DNA of 64,000 nucleotides, from assembly GCA_041664585.1 (NCBI GenBank), contig JBAYKL010000001.1:4592-68591 (forward strand), given 5' to 3'. Shown in pieces: positions 1 to 8,939 of this stretch. The position numbers and the translations under genes were made by a program. Numbering within the stretch: position 1 is the first letter of the stretch; every line of letters begins with the position of its first letter. The notes below the pieces were generated by a model that was not told where the DNA came from, did not search any database, and was given only the letters and a program-made list of their open reading frames with translations. Origin of the DNA: Minisyncoccota bacterium. Its GTDB lineage: Bacteria; Patescibacteriota; Minisyncoccia; Phycocordibacterales; GWA1-40-21.

Positions 1-510
1 GAGGGTTTGTTAAAACACGAATCGCCAAAAGGAAGAATGAGAATAATTAAAGGAATTAAAGATACTACAGTAATAGATGACACATACAATTCTTCTCCTG
101 TGGCTTTGGAAGCGGCATTGGGTATATTAAAGGATATTGAAACTAAAGGTAGAAAAATTGCTGTCCTTGGGGATATGATGGAGCTTGGTAAACATTCTGT
201 AGAAGAACATTATGAAGCTGGTAAGAAAGCTGCTGAATCTTGTGATATTTTAATAACAGTAGGTATTAGATCTAGAAAAATGGTAGAAGGTGCTTTGGAT
301 TCAAAGATGAGTGAATTAAACATTTTCCAATTTGAAAATTCTTTAGAGGCGGGAAAGGCTTTACAAGATATTTTAAAGAAAGGAGATATTATTCTCATAA
401 AAGGTTCACAGTCTACTCGTATGGAACGTGCTGTGGAGGAAGTGATGGCAGAGCCAGAAAAGGCGAGTGAAATTTTGGTGAGGCAAGAAGAGGAGTGGAA
501 GAAGAGGTAA
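1..510 (+). CDS. murF: UDP-N-acetylmuramoyl-tripeptide--D-alanyl-D-alanine ligase, C-terminal part (5' end outside window)
   Basis: The open frame runs from window position 1. The translation matches the Mur ligase C-terminal domain (DDTYNSSP, ILIKGS-type motifs), and an intrinsic terminator follows. Confidence 0.7.
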   Translation, partial: EGLLKHESPKGRMRIIKGIKDTTVIDDTYNSSPVALEAALGILKDIETKGRKIAVLGDMMELGKHSVEEHYEAGKKAAESCDILITVGIRSRKMVEGALDSKMSELNIFQFENSLEAGKALQDILKKGDIILIKGSQSTRMERAVEEVMAEPEKASEILVRQEEEWKKR

Positions 511-512
511 AG

Positions 513-542
513 AAAAACCCGGTGTGATGCCGGGTTTTTTTG
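513..542. terminator. bidirectional rho-independent terminator
   Basis: GC hairpin cccggtgtgatgccggg with an A-run upstream and a T-run downstream. It sits between the convergent murF and the 549..965 gene. Confidence 0.8.
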
Positions 543-548
543 AGCGTG

Positions 549-965
549 TTATTTGTGAAGTATCTCCCCACGAAAAATCAATGCTCCGGTTTGTATTTTT
601 GATAGCTTGCCTCTTCCCGGAACCATTTCGGGCCATGATTTGTCGGCCCGGAACGTTCCACCAACAAGAACGTCCCAAACGAAGAGTGTTTTTTGGACTC
701 TTATTTTTAGGATGGTCAGGTTATTGGATGTTGAGATATTTTTCATTTCCAATCCTTCCATAAAACCTGATTCTTCCAGGGTTAAGTTTTGGAAACCACC
801 TGTGATGGAAACAGGGAAATGGAATCTTGCTTTTTTGATTACCGGGTTAGCGTGATTTCTGAGATACAGATCAAGTTCCGCTTGCGTCATGTGTTTCCAC
901 ACGTTGGTCACATTTTCAACCTTGTATTTTCTCATCAACCAGGAAATAAAATCTAGACTATTCAT
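549..965 (-). CDS. hypothetical protein (GC-rich, possibly foreign)
   Basis: ORF with an ATG at 965 preceded by a GAAAGG SD-like motif. The ORF track extends it to a TTG at 992. GC content is visibly higher than in neighbouring genes. No recognisable domain. Confidence 0.45.
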   Translation of the reverse strand: MNSLDFISWLMRKYKVENVTNVWKHMTQAELDLYLRNHANPVIKKARFHFPVSITGGFQNLTLEESGFMEGLEMKNISTSNNLTILKIRVQKTLFVWDVLVGGTFRADKSWPEMVPGRGKLSKIQTGALIFRGEILHK

Positions 966-987
966 TTTGGTAAACCTTTCAATTTTT

Positions 988-1008
988 CCCAAAGCATCAT
1001 GCTTTGGG
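988..1008. repeat. perfect 9-bp inverted repeat cccaaagca-tca-tgctttggg in a divergent intergenic region
   Basis: Read directly from the sequence. It lies between the divergent starts of the 549..965 gene and the aminotransferase. Confidence 0.6.
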
Positions 1009-1077
1009 TATTACAATTCCGTTATGACATTAACACGATATAATATGGATTGTCAATTATTTTAAATATAAATATTA

Positions 1078-2418
1078 ATGCAAAAAGATATTATTGATGA
1101 TAAAGTATATAATCATATGAGAAATGATATTGTATATGAAGGTGCTGATCAACTTACTTATGAAATAAGAGAGATAGTAAACGTTGCACAGAAAATTGAA
1201 AAAACCGGCATTAATATTTCTTGGGAAAATATTGGTGATCCTGTTGCTAAGGGAGAAAAGATTCCGCAATGGATTAAGGATATTGTCGCGGAAACTATCA
1301 AGGATGACGCTAGTTTTGCCTATTCTCCGACAAGGGGTTTATTGTCTACACGTGAATATATCGCCAAGGAAAGAAACCTTGAAGGCGGAATACAGATAAC
1401 TGCAGATAATATTTTATTTTTTAATGGTCTTGGTGATGCTATTTCAAAGGTTTACACATACCTTAATTCTAAGGCTAGAGTTATAGGTCCTAACCCAGCT
1501 TATTCTACTCATTCTTCTGCTGAAGCTGGTCATGCTGATTCTCCTCATATTACATATAAACTAGATCCAAATAACCACTGGTATCCAGATTTAAAAGATT
1601 TGAGAGAAAAGATTGAGACTAGCAAAGATATTAGTGGAATCTTAATAATAAATCCAGATAATCCAACAGGTATGGTTTATCCGGAAGAGGTTCTTAAGCA
1701 GATAATTGAGATAGCTCGTGAATTTAAATTGTTTATTATTTCTGACGAAATATATTCCAACCTTTGCTATGGTGGGATTCAACATAAAAAACTAGCTTCT
1801 GTAATAGGTGATGTACCTGGACTTGCAATGCGTGGAATATCAAAGGAATTCCCTTGGCCTGGTTCTAGGTGCGGTTGGGTAGAATTTTATAATTGCGATA
1901 AAGATGAAAGTTTTGCTCAATACGCGAAGACTCTTTTAGATGCAAAGATGTTAGAGGTTTGTTCTACAACTTTACCCCAAAAAGTTTTACCAAAAGTTAT
2001 GGGTGACCCAAGATATTATCCATATCTTATGGAACGTAATTCTGTATATCAAAAAAGATCTGAAGTTGCTTATAATATATTTTCAAAAATCCCAGAATTA
2101 ATTGTTCATAAACCAAATGGAGCTTTCTACATGACTGTTGTTTTTAAGGACGGTGTCTTGAATTCAGAACAAAAATTAGAACCGGCGAATACAGAAGCAG
2201 GAAGGATTGTAGAAGAGATATCTAAAACAGGTAAATTAGACAAAAGATTCGTATACCAGCTTTTGGCTTCTCGAGGTATCTGCGTTGTACCCCTTTCTTC
2301 TGGTTTTAATTCCAATCTTTACGGTTTTCGTATAACTTTGCTTGAACCAGATGAGAATACTTTTATTAAGATTATCGAAACCATTTCTGAGGCGGTAATC
2401 GAATATGTTTCTAGATAA
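1078..2418 (+). CDS. PLP-dependent aminotransferase class I/II (alanine/aromatic aminotransferase-like)
   Basis: 446 aa with the NPTG motif, the SKEF/SKGY-type PLP lysine region, and overall similarity to alanine aminotransferases. Confidence 0.75.
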   Translation: MQKDIIDDKVYNHMRNDIVYEGADQLTYEIREIVNVAQKIEKTGINISWENIGDPVAKGEKIPQWIKDIVAETIKDDASFAYSPTRGLLSTREYIAKERNLEGGIQITADNILFFNGLGDAISKVYTYLNSKARVIGPNPAYSTHSSAEAGHADSPHITYKLDPNNHWYPDLKDLREKIETSKDISGILIINPDNPTGMVYPEEVLKQIIEIAREFKLFIISDEIYSNLCYGGIQHKKLASVIGDVPGLAMRGISKEFPWPGSRCGWVEFYNCDKDESFAQYAKTLLDAKMLEVCSTTLPQKVLPKVMGDPRYYPYLMERNSVYQKRSEVAYNIFSKIPELIVHKPNGAFYMTVVFKDGVLNSEQKLEPANTEAGRIVEEISKTGKLDKRFVYQLLASRGICVVPLSSGFNSNLYGFRITLLEPDENTFIKIIETISEAVIEYVSR

Positions 2419-3620
2419 TGAAAATACAAAAGGAAAAATTAATCATAATACTTACGGTTTTAATAGATGTTCTTGGCATGGGGATTGTTATTCCTGTTAT
2501 GCCTTTTTATTTACAAAGCTTTGGTGCGTCACCTCTTACTATTACAATGCTTTTTTCTGTTTTTTCTTTATGTGCATTTTTAAGTTCGCCCATGCTTGGG
2601 GCTTTGTCTGACAAAGTAGGGAGAAGACCAGTTTTGCTAATAAGTATACTAAGTACAGCCATTGGTTGGTTTGTTTTTGCTTCCACAAATGTTTTGTGGA
2701 TTTTGTTTTTAGGAAGAATTATTGATGGGCTTGCTGCCGGTAATATTCCAACCGCTCAAAGTTATTTGTCTGACTTGTCTAAGACAGACAAAGAAAGATC
2801 AGCAAATCTTGGTATGATTGGTGCAATATTTGGTATTGGATTTATTGTTGGCCCAGCCATAGGAGCCGTTCTTGCTACTATTTCCACAGCTTTTCCTTTT
2901 TGGTTTGTTGGCGTGCTCGCGACAATCAATGTAATAGCCGCATATTTCTTTTTACCCGAGAGTCATCATAATAGGAATCATGATTTAAAAATTAGCTTAA
3001 ATCCAGTTCTCCCAATAGCCAGAGCCTTTAAGGACGAAAAACTTAACTCAAGATATTTAGCATGGTTTCTATATGGTATGGGGCTAGCTGCTCAACAAGC
3101 CATCTTTGCTTTATATCTAAATTATCGTTTTGGTTTTACAGCTGCTATTACTGGATATATTATGACAGCCATGGGTGTGGCTTTAGTTGTAAATCAAGGA
3201 TTTTTATTAAAAAACTTTTGGTTGAAGAAATTTAAAGAATCAACAATTGAAGTCTGGTTTTTCCTAGTAGCTGCTATTTCTTTTTTGATTTTGACTGTAC
3301 CAAGTTTTGTAATTTTTTCTATAGGTTTGATTATTATGATTACGACTCAGTCTGTTATTCGTGTAGTTATGTCTAGCAGAGCTGCTGGTATTGCCGGGCA
3401 TCAAAGAAGGGGAGAAGTAATGGGTATAATGTCGTCTGTACTTTCTGCCTCGATGGTTATTGGACCGCTTGTTGCAGGATTACTTTTTCAGACACATAAA
3501 TTGATGCCATTTATTTTTGCAGCGTTTTCTATTTTCTTAGCTTTTGTTGTTATGAAAAGAAGTCATAAAGAACCGGAGGATAAATATGAAGAATTGCCAT
3601 CTGTGCCTGAGGCGTTGTAA
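2418..3620 (+). CDS. MFS transporter
   Basis: 400 aa with about 12 predicted TM segments and the MFS signature G-x-L-S-D-K-V-G-R-R-P-V-L after TM2. It overlaps the upstream stop. Confidence 0.75.
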   Translation: MKIQKEKLIIILTVLIDVLGMGIVIPVMPFYLQSFGASPLTITMLFSVFSLCAFLSSPMLGALSDKVGRRPVLLISILSTAIGWFVFASTNVLWILFLGRIIDGLAAGNIPTAQSYLSDLSKTDKERSANLGMIGAIFGIGFIVGPAIGAVLATISTAFPFWFVGVLATINVIAAYFFLPESHHNRNHDLKISLNPVLPIARAFKDEKLNSRYLAWFLYGMGLAAQQAIFALYLNYRFGFTAAITGYIMTAMGVALVVNQGFLLKNFWLKKFKESTIEVWFFLVAAISFLILTVPSFVIFSIGLIIMITTQSVIRVVMSSRAAGIAGHQRRGEVMGIMSSVLSASMVIGPLVAGLLFQTHKLMPFIFAAFSIFLAFVVMKRSHKEPEDKYEELPSVPEAL

Positions 3621-3628
3621 ATAAAAAA

Positions 3629-3647
3629 CCAGCGAATTACTCGCTGG
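3629..3647. terminator. bidirectional terminator (strongest on minus strand for ndk)
   Basis: Hairpin ccagcgaattactcgctgg. The minus strand reads hairpin plus TTTTTTAT. Confidence 0.7.
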
Positions 3648-3665
3648 CTTTGGTGATCCTTAATC

Positions 3666-4070
3666 TTAGAAAAAGATCGATATTTCTCTCTTAGAAGATT
3701 TTTCGTCAAAAGAAGCGTGGACAGCATTTTCTCTGTTGTTTGTCCCGAACCTCTTTCGTATAGTACCCTCTTCGGCTTGAGCAGGGTTGGTGTTGCCATT
3801 AATTTTTCTTACAACTTGTATGGCATCTTCACCTTCAAGAATGAAAGCTAATGTCATACCTTTTGTCATGAAATTAATTAATGGTTCATAGAAATATTGA
3901 CCCTTATGCTCTTCATACAACTTCTCTGCTTGTTGCAAAGTCATCGGATGAAGTATTTTTCTTTTTACCATTTTTAAGCCGAGACTTTCATATATTTTGA
4001 TGATACGTATCCACGTATTATCATCTCTCCTCATCACGTCGTCTTTAATAAGAACTAAAGTTTGTTGCAC
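3666..4070 (-). CDS. ndk: nucleoside diphosphate kinase
   Basis: 134 aa. The LIKPD-like N-terminus, the NTNPAQAEEGTIR motif and the active-site His region are typical of NDK. Confidence 0.85.
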   Translation of the reverse strand: MQQTLVLIKDDVMRRDDNTWIRIIKIYESLGLKMVKRKILHPMTLQQAEKLYEEHKGQYFYEPLINFMTKGMTLAFILEGEDAIQVVRKINGNTNPAQAEEGTIRKRFGTNNRENAVHASFDEKSSKREISIFF

Positions 4071-4134
4071 TTTGCACCTCCATTTCTGTGAGGGATATTA
4101 CTATTTTTAAATAGAAATGTAAATGTTTTATGCC

Positions 4135-4163
4135 TTGCAAGCTTGCATTATATGATTTATAAT
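4135..4163 (+). promoter_or_regulatory. sigma-70-type promoter (TTGCAA-N17-TATAAT) overlapped by the 12-bp palindrome tgcaagcttgca
   Basis: The -35 box is at 4135-4140 and the -10 box at 4158-4163. The perfect palindrome at 4136-4147 covers the -35 box and the spacer. Confidence 0.55.
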
Positions 4164-4169
4164 CAGTAT

Positions 4170-4229
4170 ATGTTAATGAAAGTTAATTATATTAACAAGA
4201 TTTGGTGGACAGCTCACATAAGTGGGTAG
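4170..4229 (+). CDS. trpL: trp leader peptide (MLMKVNYINKIWWTAHISG) with tandem Trp codons
   Basis: 19-codon ORF starting 7 nt after the -10 box. The tandem TGG TGG codons are at 4203-4208. The stop codon overlaps the GTGGGT antiterminator element. Confidence 0.55.
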   Translation: MLMKVNYINKIWWTAHISG

Positions 4230-4294
4230 TCTTTTGTTGTATTAATTATCTCTAAAATAATAACAAATTATACCCACGAACAGTGGGTTTTTGT
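4222..4294 (+). promoter_or_regulatory. transcription attenuator with alternative antiterminator and terminator hairpins
   Basis: Three elements are present. GTGGGT at 4222-4227 and at 4284-4289, and ACCCAC at 4272-4277. The hairpin acccac-gaaca-gtgggt is followed by TTTTTGTATTTT. The upstream GTGGGT can pair with ACCCAC instead. Confidence 0.5.
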
Positions 4295-4406
4295 ATTTTA
4301 TAAAGTTAATCATGGAAAAGTTTATTTTTAAAAGTCATTGTAATGAGTTTTGGCGACAAAATATTTTTGTCGGTTTTTAGATTATTACTTATTAAATATA
4401 AATTAT

Positions 4407-5609
4407 ATGAAAACAAAAACATTAAAAAATTTACCAAATGAGAATGGATATTATGGAAAATTCGGAGGAAGCTTTATACCTCCACAATTAGTAGAACCGT
4501 TAAAAGAAATAGAGACGGAGTATTTGAGAGCAAAACACGATCCTGTTTTCCAGAGAGAGTATTTAGATTTACTGAAAAATTATGTTGGTAGGCCATCTCC
4601 ATTGTATTTTGCGAAAAATTTAACAGAAAAGTTGGGTGGAGCAAAAATATATCTTAAGCGCGAAGATTTGAATCATACTGGTGCTCATAAAATTAATCAT
4701 TGTATTGGAGAAGTTTTACTTGCAAAAAGAATGGGTAAGAAAAAAGTCCTTGCAGAAACAGGGGCTGGGCAACATGGTGTTGCATTAGCAACGGCCGCTG
4801 CTTTATTGGGGCTTGAGTGCGAAATACACATGGGTTCAATCGATATAAAAAAGGAACACCCTAATGTTATTCGTATGAAATTATTGGGGGCTAAGGTGGT
4901 TGAGGTTAGTACTGGTGGCAGATGTCTTAAGGACGCGGTTGATAGTGCCTTTGCTACGTTTATGAAAGAATACGAAACTACGTTCTTTGCTATCGGGTCT
5001 GTGGTTGGGCCTCATCCATATCCTATGATAGTTAGGGACTTTCAGTCTATTGTTGGTAGGGAAGCTAAGGAACAGATTTTGCTACAAGAAAAAAGATTAC
5101 CAGATTATATAATAGGTTGTGTCGGCGGCGGTTCTAATTCAATAGGACTATTTCATGAATTTCTAGATGATGATGTTAATCTTATCGGTGTAGAACCAGC
5201 TGGAAGAGGATCTGGTATTGGAGAACATGCAGCAACTATTACTTTTGGTACCGAAGGTGTGATTCATGGAATGAAAACAATTGTCTTGCAAAATAAAGAT
5301 GGTGAGCCAGATCCAGTCCACTCTATTGCTTCTGGATTAGATTATCCTGGAGTTGGACCCATTCATGCATATCTAAAGAGTATTGGAAGAGTTGAATACA
5401 CTTCTGCTTCAGATGACGAAACAATCAAAGCCTTCCTGGATTTATCAAAAATCGAAGGAATTATTCCGGCCCTTGAAAGTGCTCATGCAGTAGCATATGC
5501 AATTAAATTAGCCCCGACATTGAGTAAGGATAAAATAATAGTGGTTAATCTTTCTGGTAGAGGGGATAAGGATATCGATTATGTTGCTAAGTTATTAAAA
5601 ATAGAATAA
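4407..5609 (+). CDS. trpB: tryptophan synthase beta chain (TrpB1-type), orphan with no adjacent trpA
   Basis: The HTGAHKINH (PLP lysine) and GAGQHGVA motifs are present, with high similarity to E. coli TrpB. ATG at 4407 is the likely start. The ORF track's 4350 start is a TTG inside a hairpin. Confidence 0.85.
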   Translation: MKTKTLKNLPNENGYYGKFGGSFIPPQLVEPLKEIETEYLRAKHDPVFQREYLDLLKNYVGRPSPLYFAKNLTEKLGGAKIYLKREDLNHTGAHKINHCIGEVLLAKRMGKKKVLAETGAGQHGVALATAAALLGLECEIHMGSIDIKKEHPNVIRMKLLGAKVVEVSTGGRCLKDAVDSAFATFMKEYETTFFAIGSVVGPHPYPMIVRDFQSIVGREAKEQILLQEKRLPDYIIGCVGGGSNSIGLFHEFLDDDVNLIGVEPAGRGSGIGEHAATITFGTEGVIHGMKTIVLQNKDGEPDPVHSIASGLDYPGVGPIHAYLKSIGRVEYTSASDDETIKAFLDLSKIEGIIPALESAHAVAYAIKLAPTLSKDKIIVVNLSGRGDKDIDYVAKLLKIE

Positions 5610-5642
5610 GACTATTATTTAGTAATAAAAATATTATACAAA

Positions 5643-5666
5643 AACAGCCTATTGTGGCTGTTTTTG
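5643..5666 (+). terminator. rho-independent terminator after trpB
   Basis: Hairpin acagcctattgtggctgt followed by TTTTTG. Confidence 0.75.
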
Positions 5667-5776
5667 TATGTTGTAAAATGGTGATGTTACGGGGAATCTA
5701 ACTATATATTCTCAAAGCATTCCTTTTTTAAAATGGTATTTTTTACAGATATAGTGTATAATGGTACATATATATT

Positions 5777-6436
5777 ATGGAAAGCAAGAAAAACCTAAAA
5801 TCAGAACATTTGAAGTTTGCGGTGCTCGCGGTGGATGCCGTTTGTTTTAGAGTGAAAGAAGGCGTTTTAGAACTTCTTTTGGGAAAAATTGGTTCGGACA
5901 ATAATATCTATAAGGGCCAGTGGGCACATATTGGCGGTCTGATATATTCAGAAGAGACGGCAGATCAGTCTGTGGATAGGCTTTTGGGAGACAAGGGGGG
6001 AATAAAAAATATTCACCGGGAGCAACTATATACATTTAGCGATATTGACCGTGATCCGCGCGGGCGCGTGGTCTCTGTGGCTTATATTGCACTTACAAAC
6101 AATGATGATATTCAAAATAAAAATGACGCAGAGTTGGAAACAAAATGGTGTCCGCTGAGTAATTTACCCAAGCTAGCTTATGATCATAATGAGATCACTA
6201 AAGTGGCTGTGGAGAGATTAAGATCAAAAATCATTTATACAGATATAGCCAAATATTTTATGCCAACAGAATTCACATTGTCCGAATTGCAAAAAGTGTA
6301 TGAGGCTGTGCTGGGGGAGGGGATGGACAAGAGAAATTTTCGAAAAAGAATTATTTCCTTAAATTTACTTAAGAATACAAAAAAGACTGTGAAGAAAGGT
6401 GTGATGCGTCCTGCCACTCTGTATACTTTTAAATAA
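5777..6436 (+). CDS. nrtR: NrtR-family transcriptional regulator (degenerate Nudix domain plus C-terminal winged HTH)
   Basis: The N-terminal Nudix fold has a degenerate box (GGLIYSEETADQSVDRLLGDKGG). The C-terminus (FTLSELQKVYEAVLGEGMDKRNFRKRI) matches the NrtR DNA-binding domain. It sits directly upstream of the NAD salvage genes. Confidence 0.75.
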   Translation: MESKKNLKSEHLKFAVLAVDAVCFRVKEGVLELLLGKIGSDNNIYKGQWAHIGGLIYSEETADQSVDRLLGDKGGIKNIHREQLYTFSDIDRDPRGRVVSVAYIALTNNDDIQNKNDAELETKWCPLSNLPKLAYDHNEITKVAVERLRSKIIYTDIAKYFMPTEFTLSELQKVYEAVLGEGMDKRNFRKRIISLNLLKNTKKTVKKGVMRPATLYTFK

Positions 6437-6484
6437 TTTTATATTTCATAGGGTCATTCATTAGCTCTTAATAAGGGGTATATT

Positions 6485-6503
6485 TAGTGTATATTTGACA
6501 CTA
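6485..6503. promoter_or_regulatory. candidate NrtR operator 1 (TAGTGT-N7-ACACTA) overlapping a TTGACA -35 box
   Basis: Perfect half-site palindrome. TTGACA at 6495-6500 lies inside it, and a candidate -10 box TATATA sits about 18 bp downstream. Confidence 0.55.
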
Positions 6504-6526
6504 GTTATAAAAGTGTGGTCTATATA

Positions 6527-6545
6527 TAGTGTAGCATTGACACTA
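6527..6545. promoter_or_regulatory. candidate NrtR operator 2 (TAGTGT-N7-ACACTA) overlapping a second TTGACA -35 box
   Basis: Second perfect copy 42 bp after the first. TTGACA at 6537-6542 lies inside it. Confidence 0.55.
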
Positions 6546-6616
6546 GGTATCGTGTGGGTATATAGTGTATCTAGAACAATATCTAGTTCTTTAACAATAA
6601 AACACGAGGGGGAAAT

Positions 6617-7531
6617 ATGAAAAAGAAAATCGGGATCGTTGTTGGAAGGTTTCAGACGCCGTATCTCCACGAGGGGCACATACACCTTTTGGACACTGCA
6701 CAAACCTTGAGTGAGAGGACTCTAGTAGTCCTCGGAGTAAGTAGTGGGTCGCCGAGTATAAGCAACCCGATGGATTTTGAAACACGGGCAGCGATGCTCA
6801 AGTTTCAGTATCCTGACGTAATGGTTGTTCCTTTGAGGGACATATTCAGTGACAAGGTCTGGTCCGAGCGGCTGGACGCGCTGATTGAGGAGTATAGCGA
6901 TGGTGGCGAGATCACTTTGTTTGGTTCGCGGGATAGCTTCAAAAGTTTCTACAGCGGAAAGTACCCGTTTCAAGAAATCAAAGAGAAGGTTGTCTGTAAT
7001 GCAACCGAAATACGCCGGCAGGAAGCGGATGGTATTCGCAACTCACCAGACTTCAGACGCGGTGTCATGTACGCCGTTACAAAACAAGTGTATCCGATCT
7101 CATATCAAACGGTTGATGTGGTGATCAGACACACTCTGGAGAACAAGGTGATCGTCGGTCGGAAGCTGGGCGAAAGCGCTTGGCGATTTCCGGGAGGGTT
7201 TGTAGATCCGAAGGATCAAAGCCTAGAACTTGCGGCCAAACGAGAGGTGGGGGAAGAAGTCGGCGATGTTGAGATAGACGATGTGAAATACATAGGCTCA
7301 ATACGGGTTGATGATTATCGCTATCGTAAATCGCAACACAAGATTATGACCGCGCTTTTCACGGCTGCATATGTTTGCGGTTCGTTGGAAGCAGGAGATG
7401 ATCTTGAGGAGGTTCGCTGGCAGGACGTTGATGGGCTCATGAGTTGCCTCGTTGAGGTGCATAAACCTCTGGGCGAGGCGTATCTAAAACATATCGGAAA
7501 GTATGAAATAAACAACAGAAAGGAAAGCTAA
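6617..7531 (+). CDS. nadM: bifunctional NMN adenylyltransferase / ADP-ribose pyrophosphatase (NadM-Nudix)
   Basis: N-terminal cytidylyltransferase fold with GRFQTPYLHEGH (HxGH motif). C-terminal Nudix domain (WRFPGGFVDP...KREVGEEVG). SD AGGGGG lies 7 nt upstream. GC-rich. Confidence 0.8.
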   Translation: MKKKIGIVVGRFQTPYLHEGHIHLLDTAQTLSERTLVVLGVSSGSPSISNPMDFETRAAMLKFQYPDVMVVPLRDIFSDKVWSERLDALIEEYSDGGEITLFGSRDSFKSFYSGKYPFQEIKEKVVCNATEIRRQEADGIRNSPDFRRGVMYAVTKQVYPISYQTVDVVIRHTLENKVIVGRKLGESAWRFPGGFVDPKDQSLELAAKREVGEEVGDVEIDDVKYIGSIRVDDYRYRKSQHKIMTALFTAAYVCGSLEAGDDLEEVRWQDVDGLMSCLVEVHKPLGEAYLKHIGKYEINNRKES

Positions 7532-7533
7532 AC

Positions 7534-8919
7534 ATGAACATTCAGTCAAATATTCTTCTAATGACGGACAGCTACAAGGTAAGTCACTACAAGCAGTATC
7601 CAGCCAAGACAAATCGGGTTCTCTCGTTCTTTGAGAGCCGCGGCGGCAGATACGGTGGGGTTCTCTTCTTCGGTCTGCAGTATCTGATCAAGAAGTACCT
7701 CGAGGGCCAGGTGGTTACCGAGGAAAAGATTCAAGAAGCTAAGGAAGTCTTTCAGGCTCACTTTGGCAACCAGAGTCTTTTCAACGAAGCAGGCTGGCGC
7801 CATATTCTTCAAGAGCATGGTGGAAGACTGCCGATCGAGATCAAGGCGGTGCCTGAAGGAACACTGGTTCCGGTGTCGAACGTGCTGGTTACAGTTGTTA
7901 ATACTGATCCAGCAGTGCCGTGGCTTACGAATTACGTGGAGACTTTGCTGGTCCAGTTGTGGTATCCCACGACAGTGGCCACACAGAGCTACTTCATGCG
8001 ACAGACCATTCTGCAATACCTGGAAGAAACGGGAACGCCTGGAGATATAGACTTCAAGCTTCACGATTTCGGGTATCGCGGCAGCACGACGGTGGAGTCT
8101 GCTGGAATTGGTGGGGTGGCTCACCTGGTCAACTTCAAGGGCACAGACACGATTGAGTCACTCGTGGTCGCTAAGCGCTATTATGGCGAGGCGATGGCGG
8201 GTTTCTCGATTCCGGCGGCAGAGCACAGCACGATTACTTCTTGGGGTCGAAACCGCGAGGTAGACGCTTACGAGAATATGCTGACTCAGTATCCGGACGG
8301 GCCGGTGGCGGTGGTGAGCGACAGCTTTAACATCTTCGAGGCATGCGAAAAGCTTTGGGGTGGAAAGCTTCGGCAAAAGGTATTAGCGCGCAACGGCGTG
8401 CTAGTCATCCGGCCAGACAGCGGAGATCCACTTCAGGTTTTGCCCAAGGTGCTTGGCATCCTGGGTGAAAAATTTGGATACACCGTGAACCTGAAAGGGT
8501 ACAAGGTGCTAAGTCCGAAGGTTCGCTTGATTCAGGGTGATGGAATCAATTATGAGAGCGTTGGGGAGATCCTCGAAGCTCTCAAGCAGGCCGGATGGTC
8601 CGCTGATAACATCGCCTTTGGTTCGGGTGGCGGCCTGTTGCAGATGCTCAATCGCGATACGCAGAAGTTTGCTTTCAAGTGCTGCGCTATCGAGATCGAT
8701 GGTGTCTGGTCTGATGTCATGAAAGATCCGGTCACGGATAGTGGTAAACGCTCGAAGGCTGGTCGGCTTGCACTGGTCCTGGACGGCAAAACGTATCAAA
8801 CAGTGAAGGAGGATGAAATAGGAGTGAGAGCTGATCTTCTTATTCCGGTCTTTCGGAACGGGAAGCTCCTCGTGGATCAGAAGTTTGCGGATATCCGCAA
8901 ACGGGCTCTCGTCGGTTAG
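7534..8919 (+). CDS. nadV: nicotinamide phosphoribosyltransferase (NAMPT/NadV)
   Basis: 461 aa. The N-terminus NILLMTDSYKVSHYKQYP and overall length are typical of NAMPT. Strongly GC-rich relative to the window. Confidence 0.85.
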   Translation: MNIQSNILLMTDSYKVSHYKQYPAKTNRVLSFFESRGGRYGGVLFFGLQYLIKKYLEGQVVTEEKIQEAKEVFQAHFGNQSLFNEAGWRHILQEHGGRLPIEIKAVPEGTLVPVSNVLVTVVNTDPAVPWLTNYVETLLVQLWYPTTVATQSYFMRQTILQYLEETGTPGDIDFKLHDFGYRGSTTVESAGIGGVAHLVNFKGTDTIESLVVAKRYYGEAMAGFSIPAAEHSTITSWGRNREVDAYENMLTQYPDGPVAVVSDSFNIFEACEKLWGGKLRQKVLARNGVLVIRPDSGDPLQVLPKVLGILGEKFGYTVNLKGYKVLSPKVRLIQGDGINYESVGEILEALKQAGWSADNIAFGSGGGLLQMLNRDTQKFAFKCCAIEIDGVWSDVMKDPVTDSGKRSKAGRLALVLDGKTYQTVKEDEIGVRADLLIPVFRNGKLLVDQKFADIRKRALVG

Positions 8920-8939
8920 ATGGATGATGAGGGTAGCAA

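Noticed and set aside
4201-4216. TGGTGGACAGCTC resemblance to the T-box consensus (GGGTGGnACCGCG)
   Set aside because: The match is only partial and lies inside the leader-peptide ORF. The leader-peptide attenuator model explains the region better.
4350-4406. ORF-track start of trpB at 4350 (TTG)
   Set aside because: The TTG sits inside a hairpin (cgacaaaa-tat-ttttgtcg). The homologous N-terminus ([13 protein letters not shown]) aligns with the start at ATG 4407.
7558-8376. Several ORFs of 72-188 aa antisense to nadV (7558-8124, 7763-8050, 7920-8156, 8158-8376)
   Set aside because: GC-rich sequence generates long spurious antisense frames. nadV is unambiguous.
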